Assembly: GCA_963663965.2 (NCBI GenBank)
Contig: CAXXFK010000026.1
Coordinates: forward strand, 1 to 64,000
Source of the DNA: Sedimentisphaerales bacterium
GTDB lineage: Bacteria; Planctomycetota; Phycisphaerae; Sedimentisphaerales; SM23-30
Reading direction: 5' to 3'
DNA: 64,000 nucleotides
This document shows positions 21,467 to 31,921 of this stretch, in pieces. Under the pieces are notes generated by a model. The model was not told where the DNA came from. It saw nothing but the letters and a program-made list of their open reading frames with translations, and ran no database searches. The translations under genes were made by a program, and so were the position numbers. Within the stretch, counting starts at the first letter, position 1, and every line of letters begins with the position of its first letter.

Positions 21467-22749
21467 ATGGATAATCAAACACACGGAGATGGAGTCACTC
21501 GTCGCGGCTTTTTGAGAGCATCGGTTCTTTCGGCTTCGACACTGGCGATGGCGGGCGGCAGCGGCATCTACGCGGCCGGGAGGCGACAAGATTAAAGTCG
21601 GCCTGATCGGTTGCGGCGGGAGGGGAACCGGTGCAGTGATCGATTGCCTGAACGCGGATTCTCAGGTTGAGGTTGTTGCGCTGGGGGATTTATTCAAAGA
21701 CCGGTTGGATGGTTGCCTGGCGAAGCTGAAGCAGGATTTTCCTGGCCGGGTGACAGTGACGCCGGAGACTTGTTATACGGGTTTTGACGCGTATCGCAAA
21801 GTGATCGATACGCCCGGTGTACAGATTGTGCTGGATGTTACGCCGCCGCATTTTCGTTCGATTCATGTGCTGGCTGCGGTGGAGGCGGGCAAGCATGTCT
21901 TTATGGAAAAGCCCGGTGGAACCGATCCGACGGGTGTCCGGCGGTTGATCAAGGCCGGGGAAGTAGCTGACCAGAAGGGGGTATGCGTGGTGGCCGGCAC
22001 CCAGCGGCGCCATGATCCGAAATATCGTGAGACGATGAAGCGGATTCATGACGGCGCGATCGGGAATATTGTCGCGGCGCAAGCCTATTGGTGCGGCGGC
22101 GATATGCTAGGCTATTGGAAATGGTGGGACCGTAAAGAGTGTCAGGACGGATATGGAATGGCAGTGCCGCAGTTGGCCGTGGTTTGTCTGGACCAGCGGC
22201 GATCATGTTGTCGAACAGCATGTTCACAATATCGATATTATGAACTGGGCAATGGGCACGCATCCTGTATCTGCCCTGGCGATGGGAGGCCGTCAGGTAC
22301 GCGACCTGGGCGTGATCTGGGACCATTTTGCCATAGAATTTGAATATCCGGGTGGTGTGCGGGTGAGCAGTATGGCACGCCAGATCAACGGCTGCTCCAA
22401 TAATGTGAGCGAACGTATCGTGGGCGCCGAGGGCACAGCCATGGGCGACGGCAAAATCTGGGGCAAGCAGAGTTATCAATATACTGGCGAAAATGTAAAT
22501 CCGTATGTGCAGGAACATAAAAACCTGCTTGCCGCCATTCGCGGAGGTAAACGGATCAATGAATGCAAACAACTGGCCGAGAGTACTATGGCGGCCATTC
22601 TGGGCCGGATGAGCGCCTATACCGGACAGGCGCTCCGTTGGGATTGGGCGATGAACAATTCTAAATTGGACCTTTCGCCGGAGAAATATGACTGGATTGA
22701 TTTGCCAGAAAATTCAGTGGCTATGCCCGGTAAAACGCCGATTATCTGA
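21467..22749 (+). CDS. Tat-exported Gfo/Idh/MocA oxidoreductase, two frameshifts
   Basis: VTRRGFL Tat motif, VGLIGCGGRGTGA, GKHVFMEKP, GTQRRH, SGDHVVEQHVHNID. Confidence 0.87.
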
Positions 22750-22772
22750 CCCGAATTTTAGCTGATTGACGC

Positions 22773-22801
22773 TTGACGATAGCGCAATCAGATGTTATAT
22801 T
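22773..22801 (+). promoter_or_regulatory. Putative sigma70 promoter of tRNA-Cys
   Basis: TTGACG-N17-TATATT with extended -10 TG. Confidence 0.5.
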
Positions 22802-22875
22802 AAGATTCTATCAAGAAAGACAGGATAGTTATCGACAGGCAGTGACCATCGTAACTATTTTAATAGCAATAGGAT

Positions 22876-22949
22876 GGCGGCATAGCCAAGTGGCCTAAGG
22901 CGACGGTTTGCAAAACCGTTATCCGTGGGTTCGAATCCCACTGCCGCCT
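22876..22949 (+). tRNA. tRNA-Cys (GCA)
   Basis: GGCGGCA...TGCCGCC acceptor stem, ACGGT-TTGCAAA-ACCGT anticodon arm, GTGGG-TTCGAAT-CCCAC T arm. Confidence 0.96.
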
Positions 22950-23424
22950 TTACGAATCGTTCGACTCCACTCTAACATGCGGTTTTATGGCAATATTTTG
23001 TTGGTTTAATCATCTGAAATTTGGATTTATCGAATAAAATAGATGCTGATAAAGACCGACTATACCCGGTCTTATTGTTTGCGGTTGGTTATATAAAATT
23101 TCTAACATTTATAAATATGTTTTGATTTCGATTTTTCCGGAGAAACACTCTGCAATTCAAAATATAGCTATTACCTGAAAAAGATGTATTAAACTGAAGA
23201 GCGTGTCACTCCAGAAAGAAATTAAAATTAATAATTTTAAAAATTAAGCGCAAGATACAGGACACTTACGAGTAAATAATAATTAGATTAAAGGGCTCAA
23301 AACATATTTAACCTGTTTAGAGTTATTTAAAAGGGTTAAGTGGATTTCAATAACTTAATTGTTAAAGTTACAGATTTGTCCAGATAATGGCATTAGTTTT
23401 CACCCATTCACAAAGGAAACGATC

Positions 23425-26400
23425 ATGAAAAACTGTAAATTGTTATTATTAACAGCAGGGTTCATACTGTCTGTTCAGTGTGCCTTACAAGCAAAGAATT
23501 CAATTTCGAATGTTACGTTTACTCCAGCCTCACCGGCGTATATGCTCACGGCAGAATCGCCTGATGATGGTGACAAAGTGGAAATCACGTTTGATTATAC
23601 CGCTGATCTCATAAAAGGTGGGGTGCGTATCTGGCTGTTACCCTATACCAAAGGCAATCCGTCGCCCAATTATGGTGTTAGCGGGTCGCCGCTTTACACA
23701 GCGCTCAGTGGCAGTGGTGATGGCTATGTCCGTATTCGATCCGGTAATGTGACGGTTGATCAGATCCAGATTCGGATGACACCCGATAGCGATTATACAA
23801 CGACATTAGTGGAACAATTTTATAATGTAAGGTACTATTATGGAACCAATATTTATAATGTTAATTTGACACCCAGTTCGCCGGATACGCTGGCTCCGGG
23901 CGACAAGATTGATATCACATTCGATTACGCGCTCTCTGAAGAATCTGATGAGTACAATATCTTTGCCCTGCCTCTAACCAACGGATCAATCAGCCAGTCG
24001 ACAGCCTATCTGGCTTCACCACCATATACGTTTGGTAAAGGCAGCAGTTCCACCTGGTTTTTGATCAATGCCCCCAATGTTCTGGTGGATCAGGTTCGTT
24101 TTCAGATAAAAAGAAGAGTCACTAATGAACTCATTTATGAAAAATTTATCAATGTCCACTACCGATTCTGTAATGGCAATTGCATCTGGCATGTTAAACC
24201 TAACACCTCAGGTTCTCAAACAGGCCAAAGCTGGCCCTATGCTTTCCATGACCTGCAGGATGCGCTGGCTGTTGCAGAAGCCGGCGACCAGATCTGGGTG
24301 GCACAGGGTACTTACTATCCCGACGAGGATTTCGATAATCCCGATGGGGATAACGATCTAACGAAATCGTTTGTTTTGAAAGATGGTGTGGGAATCTATG
24401 GTGGTTTTACCGGGACAGAAACATCCATCGATCAACGCGACTGGCTGGGTAATCCAACGGTATTATCCGGAGCGATTGGCGCTTCGACATCAACCGACAA
24501 CAGTCTGCATGTGGTTCGCAGCGAGAACAATAGTTCATCGGCAGTGCTGGATGGCTTTACGATCACTCAAGGACACGCGAAAGGCAATTACCCTGAATAC
24601 ATTGGAGGTGGAGCGCTTATTCGTAATAGCAGCCCAACGTTCCAGAATTGCTCATTCAAATACAATCAAGCCGGTAGTGGTGGTGGCGCGGGAACCTGGT
24701 CGGGGGGAGAACCATCCTTTTTGAATTGTCAGTTTATCGAAAATTCTGCTACAGGGGCCGGTGGCGCGGTGAATATTCAGACCAGTGGACCGATATTCCG
24801 AGTCTGTACTTTTCTGGGGAACTCCAGCGAAAATGGCGGCGCCGTCTGGAGTATTAATAATCTGACCAGACCTGTTTTCCAAAGCTGTTTATTTAATTTC
24901 AATACGGCATCCGGAAGTGGTGGCGCTCTCTATACCAGCGCGACGGAAGGTACCAACGAAAACGCTCCACAGGTCGAAAATTGTACGATTGTCAATAATA
25001 CGGCAAGTTATAACTGTGGGGGCATCTATAATTCCGGAGGCGCCAGTATTCCGGTTAATAGCAGTATTCTGTGGGGTAATACCGATGCCGGGGGCAGCGA
25101 TCAGGACGCCCAGTATTATGCCAGCCATATTCCCCAGGTTGAATACAGTTGTATTCAGAATTATACCGGGGGCTTCAGTGGTATTGGTAATATCGATGAT
25201 TTCCCTTTATTTGTTTATCCTGAAGGACTTGATAATATTGTTGGTACGGAAGATGACAATTATTACCTACTGCCCGGTTCTCCCTGTATCGATACTGGTG
25301 ATCCAGCACCGATCATGAACGATCCGGATGGCAGTCGTAATGATATGGGCGCTTATGGCGGGCCATGGTCTGGTTTGTCTGGCGGTGTGGGTGTCATTCC
25401 CGGCAGTGGTTATGTCTTTACCACAATCGGCAATCTGCCTACCGCTTTTATTACTCAAAGCTCAGCCAATGCCTCCTATCTGCAGGGAACAGCCAATGTC
25501 ACATCAAGTCAAGCAACGGACTATCAAATCCCTCAATACCAGAATTCACCTTTTGGATCCAAGATCTGGCTCCATGGCTTGTTTGGCGCCGATGATAATG
25601 TAACACATTATAAAATTCAGGCCGGAAAATGGAATGGCGACACCCCGCCTTCCAGCGGTTCGTTTTTTGATATTACAGATAGTTTATATAAGATCTATTA
25701 TTTCTATAACATTATAACCCATGAATGGGTTCCGGTATCGACCAAGGTTGGCCCTAATACTGTTGAAGGGGTTTCCAATCTCTATACTTATACTTCGACT
25801 GGATTCTGGTCCCATCTTGATTTAAGAATGATCTGGAACACCCGCGCAGTAGCGGATGGGAAATACACCCTGCGAATTAAAGGCTATCATCAAGAGACCG
25901 GTTCCATGTCTGATGTTACCCCTGCGAACGCTCAGGAATTGATTGTTCTGGTCGAAAATTCGCCCTTAACCTGCGAAATCGAAGCCGTCAAGTACGATTC
26001 ATCCAGTCCCTACTGGACCGTTGGAGATGATGGCGAAATTCAGGAATGTGCCATTATTAATCTTGGGAGTGTTCGCGAGAACCTGCGTTTCAAGATCAAC
26101 GCCAGCCATCCTGATGGTTTTCTGCGGCAGTTCACTCTTGACGCGATTGCCGGGAAAAACGACCATCGCGGTACAATTAAGACCATGACTTACAATTTTG
26201 CTGATGGTCCCTTGTGGCCGGGTGTGACTGGTATGGAATTCGGTTCGGATGTGCCGACATTTCAGGATTGGAAACGCTGTGCCTATCAGTTCCGCTTACG
26301 TACCTGGTCACGGGTAAATAATGGATACTATTATATCTACTACCGTGAGTTTAATGACCATTACTTTATCGACCTTGGAGACAGTGGCTGTACTGCGGCA

Positions 26401-26484
26401 GATGTCAACAGTGACGGCATTGTCAATCTTGGCGACATTTACCAGATTAGTTTACACTGGATGGAGGAATGTAACAGTAACTAA
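23425..26484 (+). CDS. Large secreted multidomain protein: tandem N-terminal repeats, right-handed beta-helix (Pmp/pectin-lyase-like), C-terminal dockerin-like motif
   Basis: Signal peptide MKNCK..AKN; SW..AF.DLQDAL, IWVAQGTY, GGA/F..N.A repeats; terminal ADVNSDGIVNLGDIYQISLHW. Confidence 0.75.
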   Translation: MKNCKLLLLTAGFILSVQCALQAKNSISNVTFTPASPAYMLTAESPDDGDKVEITFDYTADLIKGGVRIWLLPYTKGNPSPNYGVSGSPLYTALSGSGDGYVRIRSGNVTVDQIQIRMTPDSDYTTTLVEQFYNVRYYYGTNIYNVNLTPSSPDTLAPGDKIDITFDYALSEESDEYNIFALPLTNGSISQSTAYLASPPYTFGKGSSSTWFLINAPNVLVDQVRFQIKRRVTNELIYEKFINVHYRFCNGNCIWHVKPNTSGSQTGQSWPYAFHDLQDALAVAEAGDQIWVAQGTYYPDEDFDNPDGDNDLTKSFVLKDGVGIYGGFTGTETSIDQRDWLGNPTVLSGAIGASTSTDNSLHVVRSENNSSSAVLDGFTITQGHAKGNYPEYIGGGALIRNSSPTFQNCSFKYNQAGSGGGAGTWSGGEPSFLNCQFIENSATGAGGAVNIQTSGPIFRVCTFLGNSSENGGAVWSINNLTRPVFQSCLFNFNTASGSGGALYTSATEGTNENAPQVENCTIVNNTASYNCGGIYNSGGASIPVNSSILWGNTDAGGSDQDAQYYASHIPQVEYSCIQNYTGGFSGIGNIDDFPLFVYPEGLDNIVGTEDDNYYLLPGSPCIDTGDPAPIMNDPDGSRNDMGAYGGPWSGLSGGVGVIPGSGYVFTTIGNLPTAFITQSSANASYLQGTANVTSSQATDYQIPQYQNSPFGSKIWLHGLFGADDNVTHYKIQAGKWNGDTPPSSGSFFDITDSLYKIYYFYNIITHEWVPVSTKVGPNTVEGVSNLYTYTSTGFWSHLDLRMIWNTRAVADGKYTLRIKGYHQETGSMSDVTPANAQELIVLVENSPLTCEIEAVKYDSSSPYWTVGDDGEIQECAIINLGSVRENLRFKINASHPDGFLRQFTLDAIAGKNDHRGTIKTMTYNFADGPLWPGVTGMEFGSDVPTFQDWKRCAYQFRLRTWSRVNNGYYYIYYREFNDHYFIDLGDSGCTAADVNSDGIVNLGDIYQISLHWMEECNSN

Positions 26485-26519
26485 TAGCTTTATTCTTCTA
26501 TTTATCCTAAAAGGTGAAC

Positions 26520-26559
26520 ACAGGCCGTGGATGACAATATCTGCGGCCTGTAATTTATT
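26520..26559 (+). terminator. Probable terminator hairpin
   Basis: ACAGGCCGTGGAT-GACAAT-ATCTGCGGCCTGT followed by AT-rich tail. Confidence 0.5.
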
Positions 26560-26812
26560 AATCTGATATGATCTCATCGTGGAATGAATAGATTTAAGAC
26601 TGTTTCAGTTCAGAATTATGGTTGTTTCAGATTAGTTTAATGGAATGGCGGTAATCATTTAATAAGTGGGTAACCGCTAAATTCTTGTGAACAATACAAT
26701 ATTGTATCATTATTGTATCATTTCGATAGATTTCATAGCAATTTGTGTCCAGTCGTAACATTATACTAATAGCAATATTTTATAAATTTATCTCGTCTTA
26801 GAAAGTATTTGT

Positions 26813-28258
26813 ATGTGTAGAACAATATTTTTTGGTGTCATCTGTATTGTTTTCTTTGTTGGGACAGATTTAAAGGCTGACATACAGGGCCGTCCAAATT
26901 TTGTTTTTATTATTACTGACGATATTTCGCCAGACGACCTTGGCTGTTATGGGAATACTCAGATCAAAACCCCTAATCTGGATAAGCTGGCCGCCAGGGG
27001 GCTGGTATTTGATAATGCCTATTTGACAATCAGTTCCTGTTCGCCTAGCCGTTGTTCGATCATCACTGGCCGTTACCCGCATAATACCGGGGCGCCGGAG
27101 TTGCATACAACCTTACCTGAAAGTCAGCATACTTTTATCCAGAATTTAAAGCAGGCGGGTTATTATACTGTAATTGCCGGTAAAAATCATATGGCTACTC
27201 CCCAGCAACTTGGGTTCGATAAAGCGGTTAACAGCAATCCGGCAGGCTCAGAGCGCTGGATTGAGATGCTGAGAGATCGCCCGATGGATCAGCCGTTTTT
27301 CTGCTGGTTTGCCTCGCATGATGCCCATCGAGACTGGCAATTGAATAATCTAGCGCCGAAATATTCTGCCGATGATGTTCCGGTGCCACCCATGCTTTAT
27401 GATGGTCCAATGACTCGTGAGGACCTGACGGGATATTATCATGAAGTGAGTCGATCCGATTATTATGCGGGTGAGGTAATGAAAGAGCTAGAGCGTCAGG
27501 GGATTGTGGAAAATACCTGGTTGATCTATTGTTCTGATAACGGACGTCCGTTTCCCAGATGTAAAACTTACTTATATGACAGTGGTATTAAGACCCCGTT
27601 GATCATACTGGGACCAGGAGTGACGCCCGGGCGAACCAAGTCTCTGGTCAGTTCCATTGATTACGCTCCAACTATTTTAGAACTGGCTGGTCTGGATAAA
27701 TCCGTAACCTGTCAGGGTGTCAGTTTTCGGCAACTGTTCAACGATCATAACGCCCGAATACGTGATGTGGCATTTGCCGAAAGAAACTGGCATGTCTTTC
27801 AACTTCATGAACGTATGGTTCGGATGGGGGATTGGCTTTATATCTGGAACGCCTATCCGGAGGATTATAATGTTTGTGGTGAGAGCGCGGCATTTCGATT
27901 TCCCGCTGTGAAAGAGCTTTGGGATATGGCTGAACAGGGTCGACTGACGGCGGCGCAATTACTGGTAACACAGAAACCACAGCCGGCCGAATTGTTATTC
28001 AATGTTACTAATGATCCGTATCAATTTAAAAATCTGATTGATGATGCCGGACATGGTGATGTGTTGAATCAAATGCGAAGTCTTCTGAAAAAATGGAAAC
28101 AGCAAACAGGTGATAATGTTCCGGAGAAACCGACGCCTGACCGTCAATCGCTACATGAGCTGGGTGAACAAAGCAATGTTATCCGCGGTGATTTTCCGGG
28201 CGCGTTAAACCATGCCGAAACAATCAATCAATCCGGACCAATATCTCTAAACCCATAA
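26813..28258 (+). CDS. Secreted S1 sulfatase
   Basis: RPNFVFIITDD, SSCSPSRCSIITGRYP, GKNH, SDNG. Confidence 0.92.
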   Translation: MCRTIFFGVICIVFFVGTDLKADIQGRPNFVFIITDDISPDDLGCYGNTQIKTPNLDKLAARGLVFDNAYLTISSCSPSRCSIITGRYPHNTGAPELHTTLPESQHTFIQNLKQAGYYTVIAGKNHMATPQQLGFDKAVNSNPAGSERWIEMLRDRPMDQPFFCWFASHDAHRDWQLNNLAPKYSADDVPVPPMLYDGPMTREDLTGYYHEVSRSDYYAGEVMKELERQGIVENTWLIYCSDNGRPFPRCKTYLYDSGIKTPLIILGPGVTPGRTKSLVSSIDYAPTILELAGLDKSVTCQGVSFRQLFNDHNARIRDVAFAERNWHVFQLHERMVRMGDWLYIWNAYPEDYNVCGESAAFRFPAVKELWDMAEQGRLTAAQLLVTQKPQPAELLFNVTNDPYQFKNLIDDAGHGDVLNQMRSLLKKWKQQTGDNVPEKPTPDRQSLHELGEQSNVIRGDFPGALNHAETINQSGPISLNP

Positions 28259-28280
28259 AACAGGAAAGGAATTTAAGTCA

Positions 28281-30396
28281 ATGGATTTAAAGAAAGTAGT
28301 TTTACCGCACTATATGGCGGTGATTCTATCAGGATTGTTATTGTTGGGGTTTTCAAGCCATGGGGTGGCTGGTAACAGTGAGTTGTATGCTTTTAATCGT
28401 GCACCATTAGTAGAAAAACCTTATACGGAGTTGCCCCTGGGTACAATCCGGCCGGAAGGGTGGCTGCTGGATGAATTACAGCGGATGGCTGACGGGATGT
28501 CTGGTCATCTGGATGAATGGTATCCGGAAGTGGCCGGTCCCCGTAATGCCTGGCTGGGTGGGGATGGCGATACCTGGGAGCGAGGGCCTTACTGGATTGA
28601 TGGGTTGTATCCGCTGGCTAGATTGCTTGACGATCAAAAACTGATCGATAAAGCGATGCTCTGGGTGAACTGGACACTGGAAAACCAGCATGATGATGGT
28701 TATATCGGGCCGGTTGAATTAAAAAATGAAGATCGGAAAGTGCCCCCCGCCACGGGGAGCACAAATTGAAAAACCGGATGACTGGTGGCCCCGGATGGTA
28801 ATGCTGAAGATTCTGCAACAGCACTATCTGGCAACCGGTGATCAGCGAGTGATTAAGGTTATGACCAACTATTTTCGCTATCAGCTGAAGAAGTTGCCAG
28901 AGGCACCGTTACAGGCTCCCCGGGGTGGGGCGGGAGGCAGTTGGTGGGCCCGTCAACGGGGGGGTGATAATCTTATGTCGGTATTGTGGCTTTACAATAT
29001 TACCGGTGAGAAATGGCTATTGGATCTGGGTGATCTGATTTATAAACAGACATTACCACATACCGATTATTTTTTGAAGGGGGATGTTTTGAAATTGCAA
29101 GGCAGCCACTGGGATACGATCTATGAAGACCGGGCGTTTCATTGTGTCAATCTGGCACAGGGAATAAAATCGCCGTTGATTCGCTATCAGCAGGACCATG
29201 ACAAGCGTCATTTGCAGGCGGTGAGCAAGGCATTTCTGGATATTGAGACGATTCATGGTCAGCCGCATGGGTTGTATGGGGGTGATGAAGGATTGCATGG
29301 CTGGGAGTTGCATCGTGGGAGTGAATTATGCAGCGCGATTGAGATGATGTTTTCGCTGGAGAAAATGCTGGAAATTACCGGAGACATCGATTTTGCCGAT
29401 CGCCTGGAAAAGGTGGCGTTTAATGCATTACCCACCCAATGCACGGACGATTATTACGCCCGCCAGTATTTTCAGCAGGCGAATCAGGTGCTGGTGACCG
29501 ATCACGCACGGTCTTTCTTTGACGATAACGGGTATCGAATTGTTTATGGGCTATTACAGGGGTATCCGTGCTGTACTTGTAATTTACACCAGGGTTGGCC
29601 GAAATTTGTCCAGCATCTCTGGATGGCCAGCGCTGACCGTGGATTGGCGGCTCTGGTTTATGGCCCCAGTCGGGTGACCGCTCAAGTTGCCGATGGCCAG
29701 CAAGTGACTATTATTGAAAAGACCAATTATCCATTTGAAGATACGATAACGTTTATTATTAAATCGGAAAATCCAGTTAATTTTCCTTTGCATTTACGAG
29801 TGCCGCGATGGTGCCGTCAAGCCAAGATTGTCATTAATGGTAAAGAATATTCCCGGCCGGATGGTGGTCAGGTGGTCGTCATGAAACGATCCTGGAAATC
29901 AGGCGATCAAATACAGCTTACATTACCAATGACCCTGCGGAGTTCACACTGGTTTGAACGAAGTGCGGCAATTGAGCGTGGGCCGTTAGTTTATGCATTG
30001 CGAATTGAAGAACACTGGTCTGAAGTTGAGTTATCCGCTCCCAAGGGTGTACCGAAGGATGCCATGCACCGGGGATACCGTGAATGTCTGCCGGGTAGCC
30101 CTTGGAATTTTGCTTTGATGGAAACAACCTTGAATGATCTGAACAACAAAGTCAAAATAATTGATCATGGTGTCCAATCAGAAAATCCATGGAACTTAAC
30201 TAACGCTCCGATCGAATTGGAACTGCAGGGTGTTCGTTTGCCGGAATGGACACTGTATAATCATTCTGCAGGGCCGGTCCCGCGGAGTCCGGTGCGGATG
30301 CCAAACCATGGCCACTTAGAAACAATCCGGTTGATTCCCTATGGTTGTAGTACTTTAAGAATTGTGGCATTTCCATGGGTGAATGATCGCCGTTGA
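28281..30396 (+). CDS. GH127/GH146-like beta-L-arabinofuranosidase domain protein, frameshift near 28740-28750
   Basis: I.PEGWL, WERGPYWIDG, HCVN, ELCSAIEMM, PCCTCNLHQGWPK, T.YPF, LIPYG. Confidence 0.85.
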
Positions 30397-30577
30397 ACTT
30401 ACAATCATACAGACGAAAATATAGAATGGCCATGTTATCATTCCAATAAAGTTGACCAGAATGTTCATAAAGCATTCTGGCAACTTTATGTAATTATATA
30501 AACAATTCATTCGTGAGCTGTTTTAAACATCCAGATAGAAATCATACGGCGCCGCAGATTCGTGACAGTAATATATG

Positions 30578-30605
30578 AAAAAACCCGCGTTTCAGGCACG
30601 GGTTT
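30578..30605 (-). terminator. Intrinsic terminator-like hairpin (U-tract on minus strand)
   Basis: Minus strand AAACCCGTG-CCTGAAA-CGCGGGTTTTTT. Confidence 0.6.
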
Positions 30606-30964
30606 GATGTTGTGGGCAAATACTTCTGTTCTCAAATTATCTCTTCGTTTTGCTGATGAAGCACAACATGATAGTATTGCCAACTGACCGGAAAAGAAAA
30701 TCCCGATAGAATGGCTCTCATCATTCAGCTATATCGAGTTATTGCCACACAAAATTATGAGTTGAATGGATTCTGAATACAGATATAACTATAACGAGTT
30801 CATGATAACAAGCAATATCTGAAACGATTAAATTATCATAATTCTTTTGAAATTTTAAATTTTACAAAAATGATTTAAATAATAACCCTGAGAAAATGGT
30901 AATCTTAATAATCTTGGTAAGCCAGTAAACTCATATGTCAATGTAGGTAATTTGAGAGCCCGTT

Positions 30965-31921
30965 ATGGATGTTTATTTTTATGAAGCTTTTGAGGAAGAA
31001 GCCAGACATTTAAAGCACTGGCTGCCAACTTCGGTTTCTGCAGGTTTTTTTACTGATACAATACAGGAGTCGGAAGATCAGAAACCGCCAGCCAGAATCA
31101 TATCGATTCGTACTCAGTCGAAAATCCCACCGGAGTGGTCTGACCAGATTGATGCTGTGTTGACTCGAAGTACTGGGTATGATCATATCTTGGATTATCG
31201 TGGACTTACCGGAACGAATCTACCGGCAGGTTATTTACCATTGTATTGTAATCGTGCCGTGGCGGAGCAGGCACTTATGCTTTGGATGGGATTGTTACGC
31301 AAAATTAAAAGGCAGATATCGCAATTTAATCAATTCTGGCGCGACCATTTGACCGGACAGGAATGTTCTGGAAAAAATTTGTTAGTTGTTGGGGTGGGCC
31401 ATATAGGATATGAGGTGGTCAGGATTGGTCGGGGTCTTGATATGACCGTTTTGGGTGTTGATATTGAACCCAAACATGATTTTATTGACTATGTTGACAT
31501 TGAGACTGGGATTGCAAAGGCAGATATCATTGTTTGTGCTATGAGTCTGAATCATGATAATCATGGCTATTTTGACAGGATACGCTGGTTAAAAGCCAGA
31601 AGGGGAGCCATCTTTGTCAATGTGGCTCGAGGTGAAATGGCACCAGTAGCCGATTTAATCTGGGCGCTGGATCAGGGAATTTTGTCAGGGGTGGGGGTGG
31701 ATGTTTATGATAGAGAATCTGACCTGGCAACTGCGATGCGAACGGGAGTTGCATCAGACGCTCTAAAAGAAATTGACTTGTTTCTTGAGCATCCCAATGT
31801 GATCTGTACGCCCCACAACGCCTTTAATACATTAGAAGCAGTAGAACGCAAGAGCCAGCAGAGTATCGAACAGGTAGTCTGGTTTTTAGAAAAAGGACAT
31901 TTCAAATGGCCGGTACCTTGA
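30965..31921 (+). CDS. D-isomer-specific 2-hydroxyacid dehydrogenase
   Basis: TRSTGYDH, AVAE, GVGHIG, VNVARG, DVY..E, TPHNAF. Confidence 0.88.
   Translation: MDVYFYEAFEEEARHLKHWLPTSVSAGFFTDTIQESEDQKPPARIISIRTQSKIPPEWSDQIDAVLTRSTGYDHILDYRGLTGTNLPAGYLPLYCNRAVAEQALMLWMGLLRKIKRQISQFNQFWRDHLTGQECSGKNLLVVGVGHIGYEVVRIGRGLDMTVLGVDIEPKHDFIDYVDIETGIAKADIIVCAMSLNHDNHGYFDRIRWLKARRGAIFVNVARGEMAPVADLIWALDQGILSGVGVDVYDRESDLATAMRTGVASDALKEIDLFLEHPNVICTPHNAFNTLEAVERKSQQSIEQVVWFLEKGHFKWPVP

Noticed and set aside
22950..30400. tRNA-Cys-anchored genomic island (plus a GTTCGACTCC T-loop-like string at ~22959)
   Set aside because: No integrase and no duplicated tRNA 3' end (attR) spotted in the window.
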